From an uncultured Pelagibacteraceae bacterium (GTDB lineage Bacteria > Pseudomonadota > Alphaproteobacteria > Pelagibacterales > Pelagibacteraceae): DNA of 64,000 nucleotides. The DNA lies in contig CACGAV010000001.1 in the NCBI GenBank assembly GCA_902571095.1, positions 84,620 through 148,619 on the forward strand. The letters run 5' to 3'. Under the pieces are notes generated by a model. It did not search any database. It was not told the origin of the DNA and saw only the letters and a program-made list of their open reading frames with translations. Shown piece after piece: positions 26,479 through 35,871 of the stretch (its first letter is position 1; each line of letters opens with the position of its first letter). Position numbers and translations under genes: made by a program.

Positions 26479-26719
26479 AATTATCTTTAATTTTTTTCCT
26501 CATTTTTTTATTTTTTTTTAAAAAATATTCAAATTTCATTGCCTTTGATTTATCTTTAAATTTTTTTTTATATACTAATCTCCATTTCCTGCCTTTGGTG
26601 CTTTTTGCTCCTTTATTAGAATTATGTTTATTTACCCTTTCCTTTAAATTATTCGTATAACCAACATATGATTTAATTCCTTTATTATTTTTGGATATTA
26701 ATAAATATACAAAGTACAA
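26468..26719 (-). CDS. Stand-alone GIY-YIG nuclease-domain protein (UPF0213-like)
   Basis: 83 aa. FVYLL...YVGYTNNLKERVNKHN..., then R..L.Y and E..LK, matching the GIY-YIG core. Confidence 0.8.
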   Translation of the reverse strand: MYFVYLLISKNNKGIKSYVGYTNNLKERVNKHNSNKGAKSTKGRKWRLVYKKKFKDKSKAMKFEYFLKKNKKMRKKIKDNYVW

Positions 26720-26739
26720 TTTAACTAATTTTAACCTTT

Positions 26740-27606
26740 TTATACATAATCAGGCTTCTTTTTAATGAAACTGATAAATTCCTTAATTATATGATTTATT
26801 AGTATTACAAAACTTACATAGATTAATTTAAAACGTAAATTTAAAAAATCAGATATAGAATTGATTACAAAACCTTTTAAGTGTCTTATTGAACGTTGGA
26901 CAAATTTCATAAAAGTTGGTTTTTTTAAACCTGCTCCGTATATGTATGCCCTCCTTGAAGCGTTAGCCAAACTCATTAATGTATCATTTCTTAAATGATA
27001 ACATTTAGCCTTTGAACTATATGAGATTTTAAAATTTAATGATCTTAATTTATTACAAAAAGTGAAGTCCTCACCGTGAGTTTTGAATTTTTCTTCATAA
27101 CCACCTGCACTTTCCCATGCATTTTTGTTTAATAATATATTAGAGCCTGCGAGAGCTTGATTAAGATTTTCTATATCCCTAATACCGAAAGGATTTTGTC
27201 TTGCATGTATATGCCTCCAATAATTGCACATATTATTATCAATATATTTTTCTATCAGCTCACCCCCACAAATAGAACTTTGATATTTTTCTTTTAATTC
27301 AACCAGATCTTTAAGCCAATTATTATGAACCTCGACATCAGCATCTATAGATGCAACATTTTCATTTAATGATTGTTTGATCCCAAGATTGCGGCAATAT
27401 CCCAGACCTTTATTTATTTTATTGTCAATAATTTTTATTTTACCTTTGTATTTATTGATAATATTTTTGGTATTGTCAGTTGATCCGTCATTTATAATTA
27501 TTATTTCATTAGGACTGTAGCTGAGTTTAAGCACACTATTTATTACTTTTTCTATTGTGGACTCTCCATTATAAACCGGTATATATAATGAAACATTCAA
27601 ATTCAT
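26740..27606 (-). CDS. Glycosyltransferase family 2
   Basis: Starts MNLNVSLYIPVYNGESTIEKVINS (GT2 N terminus), with DGSTD and DAD (SIDADV) motifs. The track ORF to 27720 is an upstream extension that overlaps nhaA. Confidence 0.85.
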   Translation of the reverse strand: MNLNVSLYIPVYNGESTIEKVINSVLKLSYSPNEIIIINDGSTDNTKNIINKYKGKIKIIDNKINKGLGYCRNLGIKQSLNENVASIDADVEVHNNWLKDLVELKEKYQSSICGGELIEKYIDNNMCNYWRHIHARQNPFGIRDIENLNQALAGSNILLNKNAWESAGGYEEKFKTHGEDFTFCNKLRSLNFKISYSSKAKCYHLRNDTLMSLANASRRAYIYGAGLKKPTFMKFVQRSIRHLKGFVINSISDFLNLRFKLIYVSFVILINHIIKEFISFIKKKPDYV

Positions 27607-27616
27607 AATTTTTAAG

Positions 27617-28798
27617 ATGATACAATATATTTCAAAGCCATTTAAGTGGTTTTTTAAATTAGAAGCAGCCTCTGGTCTAGTACTTCTATTTGCTGCAGTA
27701 ATTGCCTTAATAATAAGCAATTCAGATTTTAGTAATACTTATTTTGATATTCTTAACTCATACTTAAAATTGGGAGTAGGAATATTTAGTTTAAAATTAA
27801 GTGTGCTGCATTGGATAAACGATGTTTTGATGGCAATATTCTTTTTTTTAGTTTCACTAGAAATTAAAAGAGAATTTATTCAAGGTGAATTATCAAATCC
27901 AAAACAAGCCTTGCTTCCCATAATAGCAGCAATTGGCGGCATGGTAGTTCCGGCTCTAATTTATATAGCTATAAATTTTAAAGATCCAGTTACTCTTAAA
28001 GGCTGGGCAATACCTTCTGCTACGGACATAGCTTTTTCTTTGGGTGTTCTGTCTTTATTGGGAAAAAGAGTACCATTGTCATTAAAAGTTTTTTTGACAG
28101 CTTTAGCAATTATTGATGATCTTGGGGCAATTATAATAATTGCATTTTTTTATTCTGGAGAGGTTCAGTATTTTTACTTATTATTGATGTTAGGTTGTTT
28201 GATTATATTATTAATATTAAATAAGTTTAACATTAGAAACTTTATTCCATATTTAATAGTTGGGCTATTTCTTTGGGAATTTACGCATGTTTCAGGGATA
28301 CACGCTACTATTGCTGGAGTTCTTTTGGCCTTAACAATACCTCATAAGAGTAGTGAAAAAAAACACACCGACTCACTTTTACTAAAACTTGAACACGCAA
28401 TTTCTCCTTATGTAGCATTTGGAATAATGCCAATTTTTGCTTTTGCTAATGCAGGGGTTTCTCTAGAAGGCGTTACTTTTGCAAGCTTAATGAATCCTGT
28501 ACCTTTAGGAATATTATGCGGTTTATTTTTTGGCAAACAAATTGGTGTATTTGTCTTTTCATATATCTCCATAAAATTAAATTTTGCCGAGATGCCAAAT
28601 AATTCAGATTGGTTAAAACTATACGGCGTAGGAATTTTAACAGGCATTGGTTTTACTATGAGTTTGTTTGTTGGAAATTTGGCTTTTGCTGATGCAACGA
28701 CATATTCAGATGGTGTTAAAATAGGTGTGCTACTTGGCTCATTGCTATCAACTATTTTTGGCTATAGTTTAATATTTTTTGGATCAAAAAAGAAATGA
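27617..28798 (+). CDS. nhaA: Na+/H+ antiporter NhaA
   Basis: Collinear with E. coli NhaA as recalled (..WINDVLMAIFFFLVSLEIKRE.., SATDIAF, IIDDLGAI). Confidence 0.92.
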   Translation: MIQYISKPFKWFFKLEAASGLVLLFAAVIALIISNSDFSNTYFDILNSYLKLGVGIFSLKLSVLHWINDVLMAIFFFLVSLEIKREFIQGELSNPKQALLPIIAAIGGMVVPALIYIAINFKDPVTLKGWAIPSATDIAFSLGVLSLLGKRVPLSLKVFLTALAIIDDLGAIIIIAFFYSGEVQYFYLLLMLGCLIILLILNKFNIRNFIPYLIVGLFLWEFTHVSGIHATIAGVLLALTIPHKSSEKKHTDSLLLKLEHAISPYVAFGIMPIFAFANAGVSLEGVTFASLMNPVPLGILCGLFFGKQIGVFVFSYISIKLNFAEMPNNSDWLKLYGVGILTGIGFTMSLFVGNLAFADATTYSDGVKIGVLLGSLLSTIFGYSLIFFGSKKK

Positions 28799-29340
28799 AA
28801 AAAATTTTTATTATACTTATTATGATAAGTTTATTTGGAATTAATAAAGTAAATGCAAATATCAAAGTTGCATACGAATATTCTTTCAAAGATTTAGATG
28901 GACAAGACTTAAAATTGTCTGAATTTAAGGAAAAAGTTGTCGTAGTAACAAATGTTGCCAGCAAATGCGGTTTTACTTCACAATATGAAGATTTACAAAC
29001 AATTTGGGAAAAATACCAAAGCAAAGGTTTAATTGTAATTGGCGTTCCATCGAATAGTTTCAATCAAGAATTAGAAACAAATGAAGAGGTAAAAAACTTT
29101 TGTGAAGCAAAATTCGGAATTAGTTTTCCAATGACGCAAAAGGAAATTGTTAGAGGTGAAAATGCACATCCTTTTTACAAATGGGCAAAGGAAAGTTATG
29201 GCAGCGGATCTGTCCCCAAATGGAATTTTCATAAAATAATTATTGATAAAAAAGGAAAAGTATTTGATACTTTTGCATCAATGACTAATCCAACATCTAA
29301 AAAGTTTATTAAATCAATTGAAGAAGCTCTCAGTCAATAA
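28795..29340 (+). CDS. Glutathione peroxidase (Cys-type) with N-terminal signal sequence
   Basis: VTNVASKCGFT active-site motif, plus FPMT and WNFHK motifs. Hydrophobic N terminus. Confidence 0.88.
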   Translation: MKKIFIILIMISLFGINKVNANIKVAYEYSFKDLDGQDLKLSEFKEKVVVVTNVASKCGFTSQYEDLQTIWEKYQSKGLIVIGVPSNSFNQELETNEEVKNFCEAKFGISFPMTQKEIVRGENAHPFYKWAKESYGSGSVPKWNFHKIIIDKKGKVFDTFASMTNPTSKKFIKSIEEALSQ

Positions 29341-29341
29341 A

Positions 29342-30109
29342 CTAAACATTTAATGTAATACCGTCATAGGCAGGTATAATATTTTTAGGAAGTATTTTTT
29401 TTAAAAAATTATAATCAAGATCTGTATGTAAGTTAGTAAGAATAGTAATTTTAGGACTTAACATTAGGCTAATCCTAATAGCTTGATCTAAATTAAAATG
29501 TGAACTGTGTGCGTTAATTTTTAAACAATCAATTACTAAATATTTAAGATTAAGGAGATCTTTAAAATTTTTTTTATCTATACCGTTGCAATCACTTAAA
29601 TATGCAATTTTTTCAAATATATAAGCTGATGCCTTGATAGAGCCGTGTTTAATTAAAAAAGATTTGAATTTTATTCTTGAATTTTTCTTTTTTAGTATAA
29701 AATTATTCTTTGTAACATTGCCCTTAATTATTGGAGTATAACCTCCACCACCATAAAAACAGTAATCATATTTATCTTTCAATACTTTCAGACATCTTTT
29801 ATCAGCGTAAATATTAATTGGCTTTTTATTTTTCCAAAAAAAAGGTCTTAATTCAAATATACCACTTGTTTGGTCAGCATGCTCATGAGTGTACAAAACA
29901 TAGTCGATATTTTTAATTTTATTTTCTAATATCTGTTTTTTTATATCTGGAGATGTATCAATAATTACTGATAAATCTCCTTTTTTAATGTGTGCTGAGC
30001 ATCTAGTTCGAATATTTAATTTATTTTTTCTATTTAACTTCCCCCAATAATTAGTAATCCATGGAGAACCTAGTGAGCTTCCACATCCAAGGATTGTGAA
30101 TTTTGTCAT
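29342..30109 (-). CDS. MBL-fold metallo-hydrolase (PhnP/GloB-like)
   Basis: HxHxDH motif (THEHADQ). 255 aa. Occupies the usual alphaproteobacterial position downstream of tatD. Confidence 0.8.
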   Translation of the reverse strand: MTKFTILGCGSSLGSPWITNYWGKLNRKNKLNIRTRCSAHIKKGDLSVIIDTSPDIKKQILENKIKNIDYVLYTHEHADQTSGIFELRPFFWKNKKPINIYADKRCLKVLKDKYDYCFYGGGGYTPIIKGNVTKNNFILKKKNSRIKFKSFLIKHGSIKASAYIFEKIAYLSDCNGIDKKNFKDLLNLKYLVIDCLKINAHSSHFNLDQAIRISLMLSPKITILTNLHTDLDYNFLKKILPKNIIPAYDGITLNV

Positions 30110-30891
30110 TGAATATTTATTTTAAATAGTTTTTTAAAGTTGTTAGTTGTAAATTTTTCAACATTATCTTGTGTTGTTTCTTTAAGTATCGAAATAAATT
30201 TAACTGTATGAATGATGTTGCATGGTTCATTCACCCTTCCTCTCAGTGGTTCGGGAGATAAATACGGTGAGTCAGTTTCTACTAATATTTTATTGTTCGG
30301 TATTGATTTAAACGTGTTGGCTAATTCTTTGCTTTTTTTGAATGTGATAACACCGCTTGCAGAAAAATAACAATCAATATCCAACAGATTATGTGCGAAT
30401 TCCATGCTGCCAGTAAAACAGTGCATCAAAACATCAAAATTTTTATTTTTTTTTTCAGATAACAAGATATCCAAAGTATCTTTTTCTGCGTTCCTGGAGT
30501 GCACGATTAAAGGTTTAGACGTTTCTTGACATGATTGTATATGTTTAAGAAAAAGAGATTTTTGAATTTTTTTGTCTGAATGATTGTAGTAAAAATCTAA
30601 ACCACTCTCACCTATTCCAATAATCTTTTCATGTTTCAAAAGTTGTTTTTTAATTTTTTCAATGGTTAATTCCCTATGATTGTTAGTTTCATGAGGATGT
30701 ATACCATATGTCCCATAAACGTTTTCATAACTTTTAAGAATATTTAATATTTTTCCAAAACTTAAATTATCAGTACAAATAGTTAACATATATTTAACAT
30801 TAGATTTATTAGCACTATTTATTATATCTTTTATTCTGTGTTGAATTTTTTCGTTATCAAGATGGCAATGTGAATCAATTATCATTTTCAA
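30106..30891 (-). CDS. tatD: TatD-family metal-dependent hydrolase/DNase
   Basis: IDSHCHL start, GE.GLD, and HSR motifs. 261 aa. Confidence 0.88.
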   Translation of the reverse strand: MKMIIDSHCHLDNEKIQHRIKDIINSANKSNVKYMLTICTDNLSFGKILNILKSYENVYGTYGIHPHETNNHRELTIEKIKKQLLKHEKIIGIGESGLDFYYNHSDKKIQKSLFLKHIQSCQETSKPLIVHSRNAEKDTLDILLSEKKNKNFDVLMHCFTGSMEFAHNLLDIDCYFSASGVITFKKSKELANTFKSIPNNKILVETDSPYLSPEPLRGRVNEPCNIIHTVKFISILKETTQDNVEKFTTNNFKKLFKINIQ

Positions 30892-32419
30892 TTTTTTTAA
30901 ATAGTATGTCTGTTTTTTTTAGAACTGTTCCCTCTTTAAGAATATTTGTATTTTTTAAAGAATCAATTTTAATATCCGACTTTTCTATTGATAATGCAGA
31001 TAAAACTTTTTCGGTAGCTATAGGAATTATTGGATTTAAAAGTACACTTATAGAACGTATTTGATTTAAAATTATATATAAAATTGTATTCATTCTATCA
31101 GGATTTTTTTCTTTTAATGACCATGGTTCTTGATCATTGAAATATTTATTTGCATTAAAAGAAATATTTATTACTTTTTTAAGATATTGATTTAATTCTT
31201 GATTATCCATTAATTTTCTTAGTTCAGATAATGTCTCGGTGATTTGATTATTTAATTTTATATCCACTGCTTCTAATTTATTAAAGTGAGGAATTTTTGA
31301 GTCACAATTCTTATTAATGAATGCAAATACTCTTTGGCATAGATTGCCATAATTATTAGCTAAATCATTGTTAATACAATTAGTAAGGTTTTTAAGTGAT
31401 ATATTTCCATCATTACCTAAAGACACCTCTTTAGATAAATAATATCTTAATTGATCAACACCAAAATTATTTATTATTTCAATTGGATCTAGGATATTTC
31501 CAATTGATTTGGACATTTTTTTATCATCAGATAATATCCACCCGTGCCCATATACTCTTTTTGGCAAAGGTATTTTAGCAGCCATTAAAAAAGCAGGCCA
31601 ATATATTGCGTGAAACCTTAAAATATCTTTTCCTATAATATGAACACTTGCGGGCCAAAATTTTTTATACTTCTGATCAGATGTGTTTGGATAATTTAGT
31701 GCGCTCAAATAATTTGTTAATGCGTCAAGCCATACATATACTAAATGTTTAGAATTTGAAGGAACCGGAATTCCCCAATTAAATGAAGTACGGCTTACTG
31801 ATAGGTCTTTTAGGCCTTTTTTAACAAATTCTACAACCTCGTTTCTTCTTGATGACGGCAATATAAAATTAGGATTATCACTATAAAATTTTAAAAGTTT
31901 GTTTTGCCAAGATGATAATTTAAAAAAATAAGACTCCTCTTCAACCCATTCGACTTTTGATCCAGATACTTTCGAAATTTTACTATCATTTTTGGTTTCA
32001 ATTTCGTCTTCGTCATAGTAAGCTTCATCAGATACTGAATACCAGCCTTTATATTTAGACAAATAAATATCATTAGATTCCTCAAGCTTGGTCCATATAT
32101 CCAATACCGACTTAAAGTGCCTTTTTTCAGTAGTTCTTATAAAGTCGTCATTAGATAGATTTAGAATTTTAGTTAAATCTTTGAATTTAGAGGATAGTTC
32201 ATCACAAAAAAGCTTAACTGCCTTTGAGTTTTTTTCAGCCTCTCTTTGCATTTTTAAACCATGTTCATCTGTTCCCGTAAGGAAGAAAACATTAAATCCA
32301 TCTATTCTTTTAAATCTAGCAAAAATGTCAGCAACTATACTTGAATAAGCATGCCCCATATGTGGTTTGCCAGATGGATAATAAATTGGAGTTGTAATAT
32401 AGAAATTTTTATGTGGCAT
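30875..32419 (-). CDS. metG: Methionine--tRNA ligase
   Basis: Class I HIGH motif (PHMGHAYS) and KMSKS motif (KKMSKS). 514 aa. Confidence 0.95.
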   Translation of the reverse strand: MPHKNFYITTPIYYPSGKPHMGHAYSSIVADIFARFKRIDGFNVFFLTGTDEHGLKMQREAEKNSKAVKLFCDELSSKFKDLTKILNLSNDDFIRTTEKRHFKSVLDIWTKLEESNDIYLSKYKGWYSVSDEAYYDEDEIETKNDSKISKVSGSKVEWVEEESYFFKLSSWQNKLLKFYSDNPNFILPSSRRNEVVEFVKKGLKDLSVSRTSFNWGIPVPSNSKHLVYVWLDALTNYLSALNYPNTSDQKYKKFWPASVHIIGKDILRFHAIYWPAFLMAAKIPLPKRVYGHGWILSDDKKMSKSIGNILDPIEIINNFGVDQLRYYLSKEVSLGNDGNISLKNLTNCINNDLANNYGNLCQRVFAFINKNCDSKIPHFNKLEAVDIKLNNQITETLSELRKLMDNQELNQYLKKVINISFNANKYFNDQEPWSLKEKNPDRMNTILYIILNQIRSISVLLNPIIPIATEKVLSALSIEKSDIKIDSLKNTNILKEGTVLKKTDILFKKIENDN

Positions 32420-33353
32420 ATTCTTTGTGTTCTTTAATGTATTCTAATACAGTTCCACTACTGAGGTTAAATTTTTTAAAATTATGTATAAGCTTGATTA
32501 TATTATTTTTATAATCAATTAATTTAATAAGGTCACTTTCTGAATTATTTAATTTTTTCCTTAAGTTAATTTCTATTAAAAAATTTAAACACTCAAGAGA
32601 AAATTGATTTTTATTTTTTTTATAATCCTTTAACAAAATTGAAGCCGAATTGTAAAATGAATCATTTATACTGATATTTAATTTTTTTAAATTTTTATCA
32701 AGATTTAAAATCATACCAGGTGTATCAAAATCCTGGAAATCTTCAGGTATATCAATGTTTATATCGTAATACTGAATTAGTTTTTTTAATATATCTTTTT
32801 TTTCATTATTATTAATAAAGATTTTGAATTCAATGGCTCTAGATTTAATAGTTTCTAGCAACTCATACCTATTATTATTTACAAGAATAAAATAATTATT
32901 TTCTGATGGTTCTTCAATAAATTTTAACAAAGAATTTGCAATATTTTTACTTAATAACTCAACGTCATCTATAATTGTAAATCTTGGCTTTCTATTCATT
33001 AAAGATGAATTAAACTTTTTTTTGATATTCCGAATTTCATCTATAGTGGTTTTTTTTTCATTATCATTCTTTATATGCACAAGATTTTCGTTGGTACCAT
33101 TGAGGATATTGCCGAAATAGTCACTTTCTTTGTTTATCATCATATTTTTTAAATCATATTCATATTTAGTTTTTGTAGATAAAAAATAATTTACAAGATG
33201 AAATGCCAAAGTAAATTTACCAATTCCTTTGTTACCAGATATTAAGATTACTTTAGGAAAATAATTGTTGTTGTACAATTCCACAAAATCTAAAAAGTAT
33301 TTTTTTAAGCCAAATAATTTTAGGCAAGTACTATTTTCTATTGAAGCTGTCAT
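32409..33353 (-). CDS. holB: DNA polymerase III delta-prime subunit
   Basis: ISGNKGIGKFT P-loop-like motif. tmk-holB-metG synteny. 314 aa. Confidence 0.8.
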   Translation of the reverse strand: MTASIENSTCLKLFGLKKYFLDFVELYNNNYFPKVILISGNKGIGKFTLAFHLVNYFLSTKTKYEYDLKNMMINKESDYFGNILNGTNENLVHIKNDNEKKTTIDEIRNIKKKFNSSLMNRKPRFTIIDDVELLSKNIANSLLKFIEEPSENNYFILVNNNRYELLETIKSRAIEFKIFINNNEKKDILKKLIQYYDINIDIPEDFQDFDTPGMILNLDKNLKKLNISINDSFYNSASILLKDYKKNKNQFSLECLNFLIEINLRKKLNNSESDLIKLIDYKNNIIKLIHNFKKFNLSSGTVLEYIKEHKEYAT

Positions 33354-34000
33354 CGGTAATTAATTTTATGAAGAACTGTATCTAAAATATTTTTTTCAAT
33401 CTTATTATCATCTCTGCTATTATCAAAAACGTAGTACTTGTTTTTATTTCTTTTAGCTATTTTGAGGAATGCTTTTTGAGCCTTAATATAAAAATCTTTT
33501 GAAAAATTGTCATATCTATTCATTTTTTTTCTTTTTTTAAGCCTCTGTAAAGCTTTTAGAATATTGACTTTTAATACAAAAGTTAAATCTGGCTTAATAC
33601 CTTTTAAAATATATTTGTGAATATTGTCAATAAAACTTTTACTGACCCCTTTTCCATGAACTTGATATGCAATAGTTGAATCTATAAACCTGTCACAAAT
33701 TAAAATTTTTTTTTTTTTAAAAGCAGGATATATTTTTTTTTGTACATGCTCATTTCTTGCAGCTAAATATAAAAGTGTGTCAGTATATTTGTCAAACTCG
33801 TTCTTTTTGTTACCTCTGAAGTAATCTTTCAAAATAACATTTCTGATAATTTCTGCAGATTTAATTCCACCTGGTTCTCTAGTTAATAAAGCTTTAATAC
33901 CCCTTTTTTTTATGTTTTTAAATAATTTTTTAGCTTGAAATGATTTACCTGAACCTTCAATACCCTCAAATACTATTAAAAAGAATTTTTTTTTATACAT
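33350..34000 (-). CDS. tmk: Thymidylate kinase
   Basis: FEGIEGSGKS P-loop, TREPGG, and DRF motifs. Confidence 0.92.
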   Translation of the reverse strand: MYKKKFFLIVFEGIEGSGKSFQAKKLFKNIKKRGIKALLTREPGGIKSAEIIRNVILKDYFRGNKKNEFDKYTDTLLYLAARNEHVQKKIYPAFKKKKILICDRFIDSTIAYQVHGKGVSKSFIDNIHKYILKGIKPDLTFVLKVNILKALQRLKKRKKMNRYDNFSKDFYIKAQKAFLKIAKRNKNKYYVFDNSRDDNKIEKNILDTVLHKINYR

Positions 34001-35144
34001 CTCCCCAAATCATATAGTTAAATGATAAAAATAAACTTTTAAAAAAATTAACTTTTTTCACATCTTCATTAGCATATAATTCTATAGTTTTAATTTGATC
34101 TTCATTTTCTTGAACAATTAAATCACCAATTTTATCACCTTTTGAAACTGGTGCTTTTATTGGTCCACTGTAAGCAATTGATACTTTCAAATTTTTAACA
34201 TCTTTTTTATTTATAGTTACGTAAATATTTTCCTTAGTTACTACATTAACAAAATCTTTTTTTCCAAGCCAAGTCCTGAATTTAAATTTTGGAACACCCT
34301 TTTCTGATATTTCATATGTATTAGTGTTTCTTAAACCCCAGGAAATCAACTTTATAGAATCATTAGATCTTGATTGTTTGGTATTAAAACCACTTGCAAC
34401 AGATATCAATCTCCTTTTCTCACCAATTACAGAACTTGCTAATGAATATTTTTCTACTGCAAGATAACCAGTTTTAATGCCATCGGCTCCAATATTTTTA
34501 TATAACAATGGGTTTCTATTTCCCTGAGTAATTGGATCTCCACCAGTTCTATCCCAAGTAAATTCTTTTTCCTCAAAATATTTATAATAATTTGGATAAT
34601 TTTCAATTAAATACTTAGACATTATAGCTATATCTCTGACGGTTGAATAATTGTCAGGATCATTTATTCCAGATGAATTTGTAAAATTAGTATTTACTAA
34701 TCCAATTTCTTCAGCTTTTTCATTCATCATTTCAGCAAAATTACTTTCTGTTCCTGCTATAGCTTCTGCGAGCGCAACACAAGCGTCGTTCCCTGAAACT
34801 ATAATTATTCCTTTTAGTAAATCCTCTATTGTAACTTTATCATTAAGCATAATAAACATTGAAGAGAAACCTGCTTTTGATAATCTCCAAGCATTCTCCG
34901 AAACAATTACCTCATCCTCAAGGTTAATTTTACCTTGTTTCAATAAATCAAAAGCTATAATAGAAGTCATAATTTTTGTCATTGAAGCTGGATAAATACT
35001 CATGTCAGGTTCAAGTTCGTAAAGAATTTTATTAGAATTATAATCGAGAAGGATTGCAGTTTTAACATCAATTTTTGGAGATCCCCATGAAATTGAATGA
35101 AATAAAAAAAGTGAAATTAACGTTAATATTTTTGTTTTAGTCAT
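33993..35144 (-). CDS. D-alanyl-D-alanine carboxypeptidase (PBP5/6 class)
   Basis: Signal peptide. SxxK (ASMTK), SxN (SGND) and KTG (IKTGY) motifs. Confidence 0.9.
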   Translation of the reverse strand: MTKTKILTLISLFLFHSISWGSPKIDVKTAILLDYNSNKILYELEPDMSIYPASMTKIMTSIIAFDLLKQGKINLEDEVIVSENAWRLSKAGFSSMFIMLNDKVTIEDLLKGIIIVSGNDACVALAEAIAGTESNFAEMMNEKAEEIGLVNTNFTNSSGINDPDNYSTVRDIAIMSKYLIENYPNYYKYFEEKEFTWDRTGGDPITQGNRNPLLYKNIGADGIKTGYLAVEKYSLASSVIGEKRRLISVASGFNTKQSRSNDSIKLISWGLRNTNTYEISEKGVPKFKFRTWLGKKDFVNVVTKENIYVTINKKDVKNLKVSIAYSGPIKAPVSKGDKIGDLIVQENEDQIKTIELYANEDVKKVNFFKSLFLSFNYMIWGDV

Positions 35145-35871
35145 TTTGAATAATATCTAGATCATCAAATCCATACTTATTTAACTCAAAGTAATGATTT
35201 TTTAAAGTATTAATTGAGGTATAGGGACCTGCTGTAAGGGTAAATTTATTTTTTCCTCGATTTCTTATTTCCAGAAATCCTTTTTCTATATATTTGTTTT
35301 CTAAAGTTTCCTTTAAATTTAAAGCTGAATTTTCTGAATAAAATTCACCGATCATTATTTTATAATTGGGCTTTTTATTTTTATAACTTTCGTTTTTTTT
35401 AGAAATATTGTGAATTTTAACTTTTGTTACAGGCGCTTTATTTGAAACTCTTTGCTCTTCTGAAAAAGTTACAGCTTTTTTAGCTACAAATGACTCATTA
35501 ACAACTCTTTGTTCTATATCAACAAATGGAATATCTTCATCAAGTCCGAGTTTATCAGCGACTTTTTCACTTAAAATTATTTTGAAAAAATTTGGATAAT
35601 TAAGTTTTTTAGATACTTTTAATTCTATAGATTTATTATTTGCAGGATTTGTAATTTTTAACAAAGAATTTCTTTTTAATTTGCTATGACCGATCTGCAA
35701 CTTCGAATTATCCAATTTTCTTGAAATTATTTTATTTTTAAAATCATTTTCGTTAAAAACAAGTGCAAATCCACTAGAGATATATGGATCAGTTAATTTT
35801 TTACTTGTATTGGTGCCAGCACAAGATGCAAGTAAAAAAAAAAATATAATTATACTAAATTTCATTTTCAA
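35137..35871 (-). CDS. SPOR-domain lipoprotein in the RlpA position (DPBB domain appears degenerate)
   Basis: Lipobox LLASC. C-terminal SPOR-like segment (YKIMIGEFYSENSALNLKETL..). mltB-rlpA-dacC synteny. Confidence 0.65.
   Translation of the reverse strand: MKMKFSIIIFFFLLASCAGTNTSKKLTDPYISSGFALVFNENDFKNKIISRKLDNSKLQIGHSKLKRNSLLKITNPANNKSIELKVSKKLNYPNFFKIILSEKVADKLGLDEDIPFVDIEQRVVNESFVAKKAVTFSEEQRVSNKAPVTKVKIHNISKKNESYKNKKPNYKIMIGEFYSENSALNLKETLENKYIEKGFLEIRNRGKNKFTLTAGPYTSINTLKNHYFELNKYGFDDLDIIQND

Noticed and set aside
22003-27616. Prophage, ICE or transposon interpretation of the recombinase-containing region.
   Set aside because: There are no capsid, tail, terminase, replication, conjugation or transposase genes, and no clear long direct or inverted terminal repeats. 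The only supported description is a recombinase plus glycan cargo.
26740-27720. Track ORFs with long N-terminal extensions: GT2 to 27720, nagZ to 57598, xthA from 60961, recombinase from 22884, dmdB from 15031, oxidoreductase from 8846.
   Set aside because: The extensions overlap neighbouring genes or begin at TTG. The conserved N-terminal motifs begin at a downstream ATG, which I used instead.
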